A stretch of 23,998 bases of DNA from an uncultured virus (IMG/VR IMGVR_UViG_3300046524_000328). Lineage: Duplodnaviria > Heunggongvirae > Uroviricota > Caudoviricetes. Each line of letters starts with the position of its first letter. Position 1 is the stretch's first letter. Positions 8,925 to 16,851 of the stretch are shown piece by piece. The position numbers and the translations under genes are program-made. The notes below the pieces were generated by a model, which made no database searches, had not been told where the DNA came from, and saw nothing but the letters and a program-made list of their open reading frames with translations. The stretch lies in IMG/VR virus record IMGVR_UViG_3300046524_000328. One strand, 5' to 3'.

Positions 8925-9681
8925 GCTTTCACGTCGAGCGTATGGCGTGAAAGCACTCTCAGAACGGCCGTAGCTCAGTCTGGTAGAGCGCCCTCGTTGA
9001 GGGGGAGAAAAGCGCTGTGCGGTTCGCCGCGCATCTTTGGTATCGGCCGGTACGCGCGCGGGTTCGAATCCCGTCGGCCGTTCTGAGGGTGAATCCTGAA
9101 AGGGACGACGGAGTTTGCCGCCGATGCGCCAACGCATAGGACCGATACGCTCATAAGGCTGGTGGAGCGCGGCACACTCTCAACGGCTGCAATAGTTTCC
9201 GAGATGGCGAAGCGAGGGATTGGTGAAAGAGGCGCGCGTTATGGCGTCAAATAGCCAGTGAAGCGAGGAACCGTAAGGAATGCGCAGGGCGCTAAAGTCC
9301 AAGCTACCGGGACACGAGCAGGGGCAGAGCCTGCACCGCACGACGGTTGACCCGTAAGGGTTGTACCGGCCGGACAGTGCCCCCTTAAAAGGGCCGTTGA
9401 CCGTCGTGCTCCCTTCTCTCTCTCACGCATGGCGACTGATAGCAGGGTGCGCACCTGCCGATGAACCGAGTCCGATGTTTTCGAGGTCGGATAGCGAAGT
9501 CGGTACAGTCGCCATGCCTGAGAGTGAATGCGCGGGCTGACGCGCGCGAAAGGAGTGACGCTCAGGGCTTTACATTTCGCCGGTTCGCCGGAGATGCGGA
9601 GATAGCCCGGCCGCTGTGACCGCCCCCGATGGATGGCCATGTGGGATAACGAAGGCCGGAAATCAGCACCGGCCACTCTCA
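8925..9681 (+). ncRNA. Large structured non-coding RNA (or array of structured RNAs), family unassigned
   Basis: No credible ORF; long stems (8925-8935/8944-8954; 8954-8970/9075-9091; 9338-9351/9396-9409; 9427-9438/9506-9517; 9519-9525/9675-9681); GNRA and UUCG loops on the + strand; flanked by a promoter-like element and a terminator. Confidence 0.75.
8964..9082 (+). tRNA. tRNA-like element/pseudo-tRNA with no canonical anticodon arm
   Basis: Acceptor ACGGCCG/CGGCCGT, TA, D-arm GCTC-AGTCTGGTA-GAGC, T-arm GCGGG-TTCGAAT-CCCGT; 67 nt between D and T arms; no encoded CCA. Confidence 0.7.
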
Positions 9682-9686
9682 AACTG

Positions 9687-9711
9687 ACGCGGGCCTCGTG
9701 CCCGCGTTTTT
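9687..9711 (+). terminator. Rho-independent terminator
   Basis: ACGCGGGC-CTCGT-GCCCGCGT followed by TTTT. Confidence 0.8.
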
Positions 9712-10007
9712 CATTTGCGCGACGCGAGCCACAATTCCCCCTCGCTTTTCGCCTCATCGAGCGCGAGCATTTGCAGGTACGCGCCCCAGGCATCAATTGG
9801 CCGCGCGCTTTTCGCCTCTTTCAGCCAGCGCGCGCGCTCCTTTTCCGGCAGGCTGTTGAACCACGCGACGCCCTTGTACGGTTCCTTATGCCGGTCGGCC
9901 GGGAACACGCCGCCGCCCATTTCCGTATCGTCCTCGAACAGGCGCAGTTGATAGCCGCCGCCGACGGATTCGGTACGCGGCTCGACTTCGTATCGGTATT
10001 GCGGCAT
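9711..10007 (-). CDS. Hypothetical protein (98 aa, MPQYRYEVEPR...)
   Basis: GGAG RBS before ATG 10007; convergent on the ncRNA terminator. Confidence 0.8.
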   Translation of the reverse strand: MPQYRYEVEPRTESVGGGYQLRLFEDDTEMGGGVFPADRHKEPYKGVAWFNSLPEKERARWLKEAKSARPIDAWGAYLQMLALDEAKSEGELWLASRK

Positions 10008-10572
10008 TGAGCGCTCCAAGGATAGGCCGATGCCCGGACATGATGCAGATTATCGCGAACAACGTGACGATGGGAGTATTGGGCGAGGTCGCGAATCGAC
10101 GGTCTGCAGAAAATGCGCGTTAGCGCACATGCGCTGTAACACAGCGAGAACGCAGTCGTCGCAAGCGATGCGCGCATTAAGTGAGTCACATACACCGCAG
10201 GCACGCGCAAGACGAAGTAATGTATGCAGGCAAACAGCGTGCTCTGCGTATGTGCGTAAAAGTACATACGCGCGCAAGCCTATACAGCAAAGGCTTTACG
10301 TCATCAAGCAGAGGTAGGCCAGTGCTAGCTGTGGCGCGATTTTCACAACGTAGTTCGTGAAAAAAAATTTAAAAGGGTTTAGGATGAATTGGGGATTGCA
10401 GCACGAATCCCATAAAGGAGCGGCCCGCCTTCGGCCTAGGAAACTTGGGGCGGGCCGCATTGTGTAACGCACTTTGATAGGAGAGATCCCATGTGCGCGC
10501 GCTACGTAGAGGCGTTTTTTTACGGCTGTTTGGCCGTAATCCACATCATCATGCGATGAGTGGCTAGTGGTA

Positions 10573-10594
10573 AGCCGCCCGGTTCGCCGGGCGG
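10573..10594. terminator. GC-rich hairpin, possible terminator
   Basis: GCCGCCCGG-TTCG-CCGGGCGGC, about 120 nt past the end of the minus-strand operon; U-tail weak. Confidence 0.5.
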
Positions 10595-10717
10595 CCTGCC
10601 AAACGCGCACTACAAATTTAGCACAAAGGTCCGTTTGTCAAATACCTCGTTACAACTTCTCGCGAGATAGTGTCGCGTATCTGGCGCTCTGCGAGAACAA
10701 TCGCCACGGCGACGCGC

Positions 10718-11044
10718 CTATTTGCGCCGCTGCGCCTTCATGCGCGCGTTAATCATTGAGCGCGTCTGCTTCTCGCGCCAGTGATGCTCGCGGCGCAGGT
10801 TTCCGGCCTCGCTGTGCCGCTCGAATGGTTCGGCCGATACTGCGCACGGCTCGACGTCATAGCGGCCTAGCAGGCGGTCGATATCGAACGGCTTGAGCAG
10901 GTCGAGCCGGTCGCGCGAGAGGTCATCGACAAGCCGCTCAGGCGGCGCGTCCATCACCACGATGCGCGAGCCGTCGCCCAACGCCCGCGCGATCATGGCC
11001 GTCATTTCGACGGACCACACGCCGATCAGTATCAGTTCGCGCAT
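10718..11044 (-). CDS. Hypothetical protein
   Basis: Last of the tightly packed minus-strand run. Confidence 0.65.
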   Translation of the reverse strand: MRELILIGVWSVEMTAMIARALGDGSRIVVMDAPPERLVDDLSRDRLDLLKPFDIDRLLGRYDVEPCAVSAEPFERHSEAGNLRREHHWREKQTRSMINARMKAQRRK

Positions 11045-11045
11045 A

Positions 11046-11243
11046 TCACTGCGGTTCCTGAAGTTGCGCCCGCAGTTGGGCGAGTTGACGGGTCACGAGC
11101 GCCTCGCGGGTTTCGAGCCATCCGTTGTACTGTTCGAGCTTGTCGGCGCGCTCGCGGTGCGACGCGCAGGCATCCGCGCACCATGCCCACCCGATGAGGG
11201 CGAGCACGAGCAGCACGCAAAGGGCGATGACGGCCGCAATCAT
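11046..11243 (-). CDS. Small membrane-anchored coiled-coil protein (65 aa)
   Basis: MIAAVIALCVLLVLALIGWAW hydrophobic N-terminus, then heptad-like tail; start overlaps the upstream stop. Confidence 0.7.
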   Translation of the reverse strand: MIAAVIALCVLLVLALIGWAWCADACASHRERADKLEQYNGWLETREALVTRQLAQLRAQLQEPQ

Positions 11244-12046
11244 CACGCGCCGCCAACGCCGGTGAAATGCACTCGATGCTGATTGCCGCCGCACAGGTGC
11301 GGTTGCGCGCACTTCATGCCGCTCAGGTCGGCGCACATGCCCGGATGGCAATTGCACGCGCGAGCAGGGCCGGTTCTATCCACATGAGGGCCGTCGCATA
11401 CGCGCATCATCGGCGCAGGATCAGCCACAAGGCGGCCGACAAGCGCGGTCGATTCGACGCCCTCAACCGTGAGTCGCACCTCTTTGCCCTCGCGGCCGGG
11501 CGGAAGCATCAAATGCGACACCACGAGGTCACCGACCATCACCGCATACCGAACGCTCTCGCTGACGGCGCGGGACGCGTTGCGGGCCGTTTTGCGCGCC
11601 TGCATGGCCTGCCTGATGTTCCCGCCGCCGTAACGCTGCGTGAAGGCCGCCGCGCCCGCATACGTGGCCGCTGTAAAGCCTTCCTCGCCGTCGACAATGA
11701 CGCGCGCCGCGAGCCCGTACTCGAACAGCGTTTCACGGCCCGCCTTGCTTGGCACGTCGCCATCCCACAACGGGCCGCGCTCAACGAGGCCGATGAGCGT
11801 ATCGAGCGCGCCGCCGTTCGCATCGAGCATGCCCTGCACGAGCACCGCCCCAGGCGTACCGTGCGAGTGCTGGCCGGGCTTCCAGTAGTCACCAGGCGTC
11901 ACGACGTGCACATGTTCCGTTTCATGTGCGTGCGCGCCGGGTTGGAGCGTGACGCCGTGCGCGTGCGCGCTGCTGGCACCGCCGTAGCGGACCTTGTCAA
12001 AAGCATGCGGGTTTGCCGCCAGCAATTCGTCTCGAATGTCGCTCAT
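11243..12046 (-). CDS. Hypothetical mosaic phage protein (267 aa)
   Basis: Start MSDIRDELL with AGGTGA RBS; His-rich segment, GPLWDGDVPSKAGRETL motif, Cys-rich C-terminus. Confidence 0.7.
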   Translation of the reverse strand: MSDIRDELLAANPHAFDKVRYGGASSAHAHGVTLQPGAHAHETEHVHVVTPGDYWKPGQHSHGTPGAVLVQGMLDANGGALDTLIGLVERGPLWDGDVPSKAGRETLFEYGLAARVIVDGEEGFTAATYAGAAAFTQRYGGGNIRQAMQARKTARNASRAVSESVRYAVMVGDLVVSHLMLPPGREGKEVRLTVEGVESTALVGRLVADPAPMMRVCDGPHVDRTGPARACNCHPGMCADLSGMKCAQPHLCGGNQHRVHFTGVGGA

Positions 12047-12147
12047 TCTTTCACCTGCTGCGTTGTCTGTTGCGGATTGAAGGGGTTGCAGGCCTTTGTC
12101 ATCACCTGCCAGAAAAGAGCCCATGCGAGCCACGGATTGAGGCCCAT
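12043..12147 (-). CDS. Small peptide (34 aa, MGLNPWLAWALFWQVMTKACNPFNPQQTTQQVKE)
   Basis: Not in track; GAGG RBS, starts 2 nt after the upstream stop, ATGA overlap with the next gene. Confidence 0.55.
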   Translation of the reverse strand: MGLNPWLAWALFWQVMTKACNPFNPQQTTQQVKE

Positions 12148-12149
12148 GC

Positions 12150-12731
12150 TTATGCAACCTCTTGCGGCATCGACAGGCGGCGCGAGTAGCGGCGAATCAG
12201 GACGGCCGTAAGGATGAAGCCGCCCGCGAGCGCGAACAGCACGAGCAGGATCACGAGCAGCACGAGCGCGCCGCCCTCATCGTCTTTGTCCGATTTGAGG
12301 AAATCGCCCAGGCTGGAGAACGCATCGCCGATGCCTTCGAGTGCGCCTGCCATGTTGCGCACCTGCGCATAGGTGTTGTATGCCGCGACGCCCATGTCCA
12401 GAATCCGCCGCGTGCGAAACGCGACAATCCACGACTGGATAGTGAGCACGAGGCCGGTGCCGATGGCGGGCAGGATCACGATGAGATACCAAAGCGAGGC
12501 CGCCGCCTTTGCCGCCGCCATAGGCAGGTAACCGGCCGTCACGAGCGCATAGCCTGCGATGAAGCCGAACACGCTGCTAAAGCCGATCACCGATTGTGCG
12601 GCTGCGCACCACGCTACGAGGCGCACCCATCCGCCCAGTGCGCGCGACTCGCGCCAGATGCCGCCCACAGACCAACAGTTGATCCAGCTAACGACGAAGT
12701 TCAACGCCAGAACCAGTGCGATACCCATCAT
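12150..12731 (-). CDS. Integral membrane protein (~4 TM)
   Basis: Four long hydrophobic segments; ATGA overlap. Confidence 0.8.
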   Translation of the reverse strand: MMGIALVLALNFVVSWINCWSVGGIWRESRALGGWVRLVAWCAAAQSVIGFSSVFGFIAGYALVTAGYLPMAAAKAAASLWYLIVILPAIGTGLVLTIQSWIVAFRTRRILDMGVAAYNTYAQVRNMAGALEGIGDAFSSLGDFLKSDKDDEGGALVLLVILLVLFALAGGFILTAVLIRRYSRRLSMPQEVA

Positions 12732-13204
12732 GCCTTTTCCCCTTTGGTTGTCTTTTCACGAGCGGTGATTCGCTCAAGGTCGATACGGTCAAGAAAGCGC
12801 TTGGCGGCGCGCAGTTCGCCGAGCGTCAGGGAGCCGCCAGTTAGAGAGGCGCGCCGCCGCTCATCGGCCCATTTCGGGTCCACTCCGTCAATCTCACGCG
12901 CGAGCACTCGCAGGTGCGAGAGTGCGTCCCTGAGCGTCTTTTCGTGCGCGGCGCGGTGCTGCGCGCGGCGAGCGTCGCGCAGCCGGTCGCGCAGTTCGCC
13001 TGGACCACAGCAGCGCAGGCTTGCGTCGATACCTTTGTCGCCCGCCTCGTATGCCAGTTGATCCAGCAGCGCGCAGACGTCGGGCATATCCGCGAGCCAG
13101 CGACGCAACAGGGGAATGTGCGAGCGGTACGATGCGAGCGCAAACTGGTCATTGCGCCGCTGCGCGCGGTGGGCGCGGAAAGCCTTCATGAGACTGCGGA
13201 TCAT
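12728..13204 (-). CDS. Hypothetical protein
   Basis: Coupled overlaps at both ends. Confidence 0.7.
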   Translation of the reverse strand: MIRSLMKAFRAHRAQRRNDQFALASYRSHIPLLRRWLADMPDVCALLDQLAYEAGDKGIDASLRCCGPGELRDRLRDARRAQHRAAHEKTLRDALSHLRVLAREIDGVDPKWADERRRASLTGGSLTLGELRAAKRFLDRIDLERITAREKTTKGEKA

Positions 13205-13581
13205 TCCAGTTCCCCCATGCGCAGCATTGCCGCCTCGATCACGCGCCGCCCGAACGCTTCCAGAATCGCATCACCGTGATCGCCCGGCTCGACGTTCGCG
13301 AGGATCGCGGGCGCGTCCTCTTTCATGCCGTTGTAGATGGCCAGCATGTCGGCGCGCGTCATGAGGTCCGCAACGCCCTTGGCGAACGCGATGCCGCCGC
13401 CGCGCATGACGACACAATGCGGCGTGGGCTTTCCGTCCCGGTGCGCCTTGAACAGTTCCCTGCCGAGGTCGGTTGTGAAGTCGTGCGCTTCCGCTGCTGT
13501 CATTTCCCCCGGCAGCGAAATGAAAACCGTATCTTCAGGACGCGCGACCGTCAGTTTCTGCATGACGTCGGCCGCGCTCAT
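13201..13581 (-). CDS. Hypothetical protein (126 aa, MSAADVMQKL...)
   Basis: ATGA overlap with upstream stop at 13578. Confidence 0.7.
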   Translation of the reverse strand: MSAADVMQKLTVARPEDTVFISLPGEMTAAEAHDFTTDLGRELFKAHRDGKPTPHCVVMRGGGIAFAKGVADLMTRADMLAIYNGMKEDAPAILANVEPGDHGDAILEAFGRRVIEAAMLRMGELE

Positions 13582-14135
13582 GCCTTCACCTGCGCCGGTT
13601 GTTGCAGGGCAATCGTGCGCTCGCATGCCAGGCGGATCGCTTCGAGCACGAGGCGACGCTCTTGCGTCTTTTCCGTCTGGAGACTGTCGACGGCAATGGC
13701 CTGAATCACTTCGAGCGGGTCGGCATCGTGACCAAGCACAATCGACGTCTCGACACCGCGCACGAGGCCCGCTTTCTGAAAGAGCTTGTCGAGCGCATTG
13801 GTCGGCATCTTGCGGGCGATAGGGAATGCCTGAGCGACGGCAGGCGCGCGCGGCGCGGGCGGCTCTGAGGGCTCAGGCGGCGGCGCGTCGATAGCTTCCA
13901 TTTCGCCATTCACCCACGAATCTTCCATGTTGTTTTCGTCGGCTTCCTGCACCTGCACCGCGTGTGCCTTGACGTCCGACCAGTTCATATTGTTCTGAGC
14001 CCAGTCGATCAGGTCATCATCATCCGCAACGCGTTTGCCCTTGTAGTAGGCGTTATACGAGCCCTCTACGACCTTGGCGGGGATATGCCACTTGCTGCCG
14101 TCGAGAGCCGTCAGCGCGATTACCTTGTTCGTCAT
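13578..14135 (-). CDS. Conserved-looking phage protein (185 aa)
   Basis: Start MTNKVIAL; DDLIDWAQNNMNWSDV motif familiar from lambdoid accessory proteins. Confidence 0.7.
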   Translation of the reverse strand: MTNKVIALTALDGSKWHIPAKVVEGSYNAYYKGKRVADDDDLIDWAQNNMNWSDVKAHAVQVQEADENNMEDSWVNGEMEAIDAPPPEPSEPPAPRAPAVAQAFPIARKMPTNALDKLFQKAGLVRGVETSIVLGHDADPLEVIQAIAVDSLQTEKTQERRLVLEAIRLACERTIALQQPAQVKA

Positions 14136-14155
14136 AGTTATGGGTTGGTTGAGGG

Positions 14156-14431
14156 TTATTCCGTCGCCTGCGTGGCGGCCTGTTGCTGCTGTTTCTTCGT
14201 CGCGTAGTACACGCGCTTGCTGTCCAGAATCCGTTGCTTGTGGCGGCCGTAGTGCGCCTTGACCGTCACCCGCGAGCGTGCGCGGTTGCACTCCACACAC
14301 AGCCCTGACTTCACATAGCGCTCGACCGTATGGCCGTGACGGCATGCCTTGCCGGTGAAGAACCGGACAAGCCCGGCCGCCGCTGCATCTGCACGGCTGA
14401 TTATCGAGAGCGTTTTTTCCTTACCGTCCAT
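14156..14431 (-). CDS. Small Zn-binding protein resembling the N-terminal domain of phage HNH endonucleases
   Basis: RFFTGKACRHGHTVERYVKSGLCVEC; no HNH catalytic domain follows. Confidence 0.7.
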   Translation of the reverse strand: MDGKEKTLSIISRADAAAAGLVRFFTGKACRHGHTVERYVKSGLCVECNRARSRVTVKAHYGRHKQRILDSKRVYYATKKQQQQAATQATE

Positions 14432-14439
14432 CGGTTTTC

Positions 14440-15996
14440 CTAGTTCGCCTGAGCGGCGTTCTCTGCGGTTCGAGCCCGCAATCTGTCCATCACGCGCGCA
14501 CGTGCGGCGGCCTTGGTGTCGGCCGTCGGGCCGGTGTCAAAGTCCTCTGCGAGCGAGACATGCGCCTGTTCGAGAAACACGAACGCGCACGTGTCCCAAA
14601 TGTCCGGCGAGGGAATGCCTTCCTTGCGCATGTCCTCTTTCTTCGCGATCACGCGCCGGGCCTTTTCGTCATAGCTGTACGGGATGCGCGAGCCCTGCTC
14701 TACGAGCTTGGAGACGAAGCCGCTAGGCACGTCCTTGGAGATACCGAACCGGCCTTCCTGCACCGCGCGAGACAGCCCGCAAATGGCCTGCGCGCGCTGA
14801 TTGAAATAGCGTTCCTTGTATTCGTTGGCGAAGTTCGGATTGCCCCAGTTGACCTTGCTGTAGTTGGCGAAGCCGTCAAGGTCCAGTTGCTTGCAGACGA
14901 TGAGGCCCATGCCGCCCGCGTCGATCAGCGCGGATGAGTTCGCACGCTCGCGCGCGGCCGTGACGACGTGCCCATGCAGTTCGGCCGGGTTGACGCTGTT
15001 CGAGTGCAGCGGCACGGTCGCGAGCTGTGCGCGGCGCGCGTCCGGGCCGTATTCGCCCTGGCCTGCGATCTTGAACGCGGGCATAACCGACCAGTCGCGA
15101 TAGCCGCCGCCGCCGACGTCGAGCGGCAAGAGCCAGCCGTAGGGCTCGCCCGGCTTGATGACTTCGAGCCCCTTGCAGGCCTCGATAGCCTTGGGTCCGA
15201 GCAGAAAGCGGCTGCTGTTCTCAGGGAACTCGCCGCGCACCTTGATCGAGTATTCTTCGTCGGTGTACTGGGAGCGCTTTTCCAGAATGAACGCCGACGA
15301 CACAATCGGCGAGTCCTCGCTGTTGAACACGAGGGCATTCCACATTTCGCCCTTGCTTCTGGACAGCCGGTGATGCGTGTCATAGAAAAAGCCCGTCGGC
15401 CGGGTCGGCTGCGACGCAATGGCAATGCGGTTGTTCGCGTCCGTCAGCGAGCCAGTGATAACGCCAAAGTTCGCATCGGGAATACCGGACGCCTCATCGG
15501 CGAGCCACAGGAGCCAGTCACGGTGAGCACCGGCGAGGTTTTCCGGTGCGCCACGCGGTGCGGTCTTCGCGATCACGAACCAATTGAGCTTGAAGCCCTT
15601 CACATAGACGCGCTCTGACTCAATTTCGAAGTAGTCGCGCACCCACGATTGCGGCCCGTTCTGGATTTTGGTCGAAAGGTCGGCGAACTCTTTCCAGACG
15701 CCGTCCGACACCGTCTTGATCTTTGGCGCGGTAAGAATCGTGTTCGAGCAGAAGTAGCAGAGCAGGTGCCACAAGGCGATGATGGCAAAGCCGGACGTCT
15801 TGCCCGTACCGTGGCCCGACGATACCGACGTGCGCGAGCCCGGCTCGCTGACGCTGCTGAACAGTTCGATCTGCTGCCACGTCGGCGCGGCGAGCCCGCA
15901 CACCTCGATAGCGAACCGGGTGCAATCGAACGCGTACCGCTCTACGAACGCCTTGTAGCGCGGGTCCAGCGGCAGCGTGATACGGGATATCGCCAC
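14440..15996 (-). CDS. Terminase large subunit, P1 PacB-like
   Basis: PTWQQ adenine motif, Walker A SGHGTGKT, Walker B WLADEASG, SQPTRPTGFFYDTHHRL, IKVRGEFP, nuclease LDVGGG.RD and SPDIWDT; these track the P1 PacB sequence as I recall it. Confidence 0.92.
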   Translation of the reverse strand: MAISRITLPLDPRYKAFVERYAFDCTRFAIEVCGLAAPTWQQIELFSSVSEPGSRTSVSSGHGTGKTSGFAIIALWHLLCYFCSNTILTAPKIKTVSDGVWKEFADLSTKIQNGPQSWVRDYFEIESERVYVKGFKLNWFVIAKTAPRGAPENLAGAHRDWLLWLADEASGIPDANFGVITGSLTDANNRIAIASQPTRPTGFFYDTHHRLSRSKGEMWNALVFNSEDSPIVSSAFILEKRSQYTDEEYSIKVRGEFPENSSRFLLGPKAIEACKGLEVIKPGEPYGWLLPLDVGGGGYRDWSVMPAFKIAGQGEYGPDARRAQLATVPLHSNSVNPAELHGHVVTAARERANSSALIDAGGMGLIVCKQLDLDGFANYSKVNWGNPNFANEYKERYFNQRAQAICGLSRAVQEGRFGISKDVPSGFVSKLVEQGSRIPYSYDEKARRVIAKKEDMRKEGIPSPDIWDTCAFVFLEQAHVSLAEDFDTGPTADTKAAARARVMDRLRARTAENAAQAN

Positions 15997-16815
15997 TTAC
16001 TCGCCCTGCCCGCTCTGTTCACCTAGCTGCAATTCCGCCTGCCTGCGGGCCTCTGCCTCTGCGCGAGCACGCCGCGACCGCTCGATACCTTCCGCATATA
16101 CGGCGTTCAGTTCATCCGTTGTCGCAGTGGTGAGAGTTGTTGTCACCTGCTGCTCGACCTGCTCGCGCCAGCCTGCGATGTTCTTAAGCGCAAGGGTTGC
16201 GACCCGCGATTCATACTGCCCGCCTATCCCGCCCTCCTGAAGCAAAGCGGCTTGCAGGTCGCGCGCGCGCGCGTAGGCGTAAGAAAATTCCGGGTGCTTG
16301 AGCGTCTTGCCGTCCTTTTCCGTGGACACGGACCAATCGTGCAGGGTCTGACGCGTGACCCCGATTGAGTCGGCGAAGCGTTCGAGAGTCGGGAAGCGAT
16401 TGAGCACAATCTCAGTGACGCTCATTGGCTTACCGTCCGGTCCCGGCTTTGTCACCTCTACCTGCCGTTCAATGTCGATGCGAAAGAACACAAGGATCAT
16501 GTCCACGAACTCATCGCGGTAGACAGTCGGACGCCCCACCAGTCGCTTGAGCACACTGGCCGTCTCTTTCTTCTCTACGGGCGGCATCGGTGCGGGCGTG
16601 CCGTCTTTCAGCGGATTGGCACCCTTACCGCGTGCCGGTGCCTTGGCGGCCTTCTTTGCAGGCACCTTGCGCGCCGCCTGAGGCTTGGCCTTGCCCTTCT
16701 GCGCGGGTGCCTTGCGCGGCTGCTTACCGGGCTGCTTTACCGGCTCATTGGCGGGCTGCTGATCCGGTGCGCCCTTCCCTGCGCGCCGCCCGCCCGGTGT
16801 CTTGCGAGTTGCCAT
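15997..16815 (-). CDS. Terminase small subunit (P22 gp3-like) with long basic N-terminal tail
   Basis: GRPTVYR...FPTLERFADSIGVTRQTLHDW...HPEFSYAYARA...LKNIAGWRE; directly upstream of the large subunit. Confidence 0.85.
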   Translation of the reverse strand: MATRKTPGGRRAGKGAPDQQPANEPVKQPGKQPRKAPAQKGKAKPQAARKVPAKKAAKAPARGKGANPLKDGTPAPMPPVEKKETASVLKRLVGRPTVYRDEFVDMILVFFRIDIERQVEVTKPGPDGKPMSVTEIVLNRFPTLERFADSIGVTRQTLHDWSVSTEKDGKTLKHPEFSYAYARARDLQAALLQEGGIGGQYESRVATLALKNIAGWREQVEQQVTTTLTTATTDELNAVYAEGIERSRRARAEAEARRQAELQLGEQSGQGE

Positions 16816-16851
16816 CGTGTTTCCTTACGTGTGTGCGTGCGTATGCGTGCG

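Noticed and set aside
9436..9505. Hammerhead ribozyme
   Set aside because: CTGATAG/CGATGAAC do not form the CUGANGA...GAAA core in the right order
8964..9681. tmRNA or a canonical/intron-containing tRNA
   Set aside because: A full D-stem is present and the T-arm closes after 119 nt; no G3-U70 Ala identity, no tag ORF, insert too small for a self-splicing intron
9239..9796. 185-aa minus ORF and other ORFs over the structured region
   Set aside because: No RBS, non-protein-like composition, overlaps a better gene; tetraloops favour a + strand RNA
11267..13061. Large + strand ORFs (314 aa, 299 aa)
   Set aside because: Antisense shadows of the coupled minus-strand genes in GC-rich DNA
15604..15617. 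Operator-like ATAGACGCGCTCTG
   Set aside because: Isolated, inside terL coding sequence, right half-site poor
15997..16815. P1-type pac site with clustered GATC hexamers
   Set aside because: No GATC cluster is visible in terS
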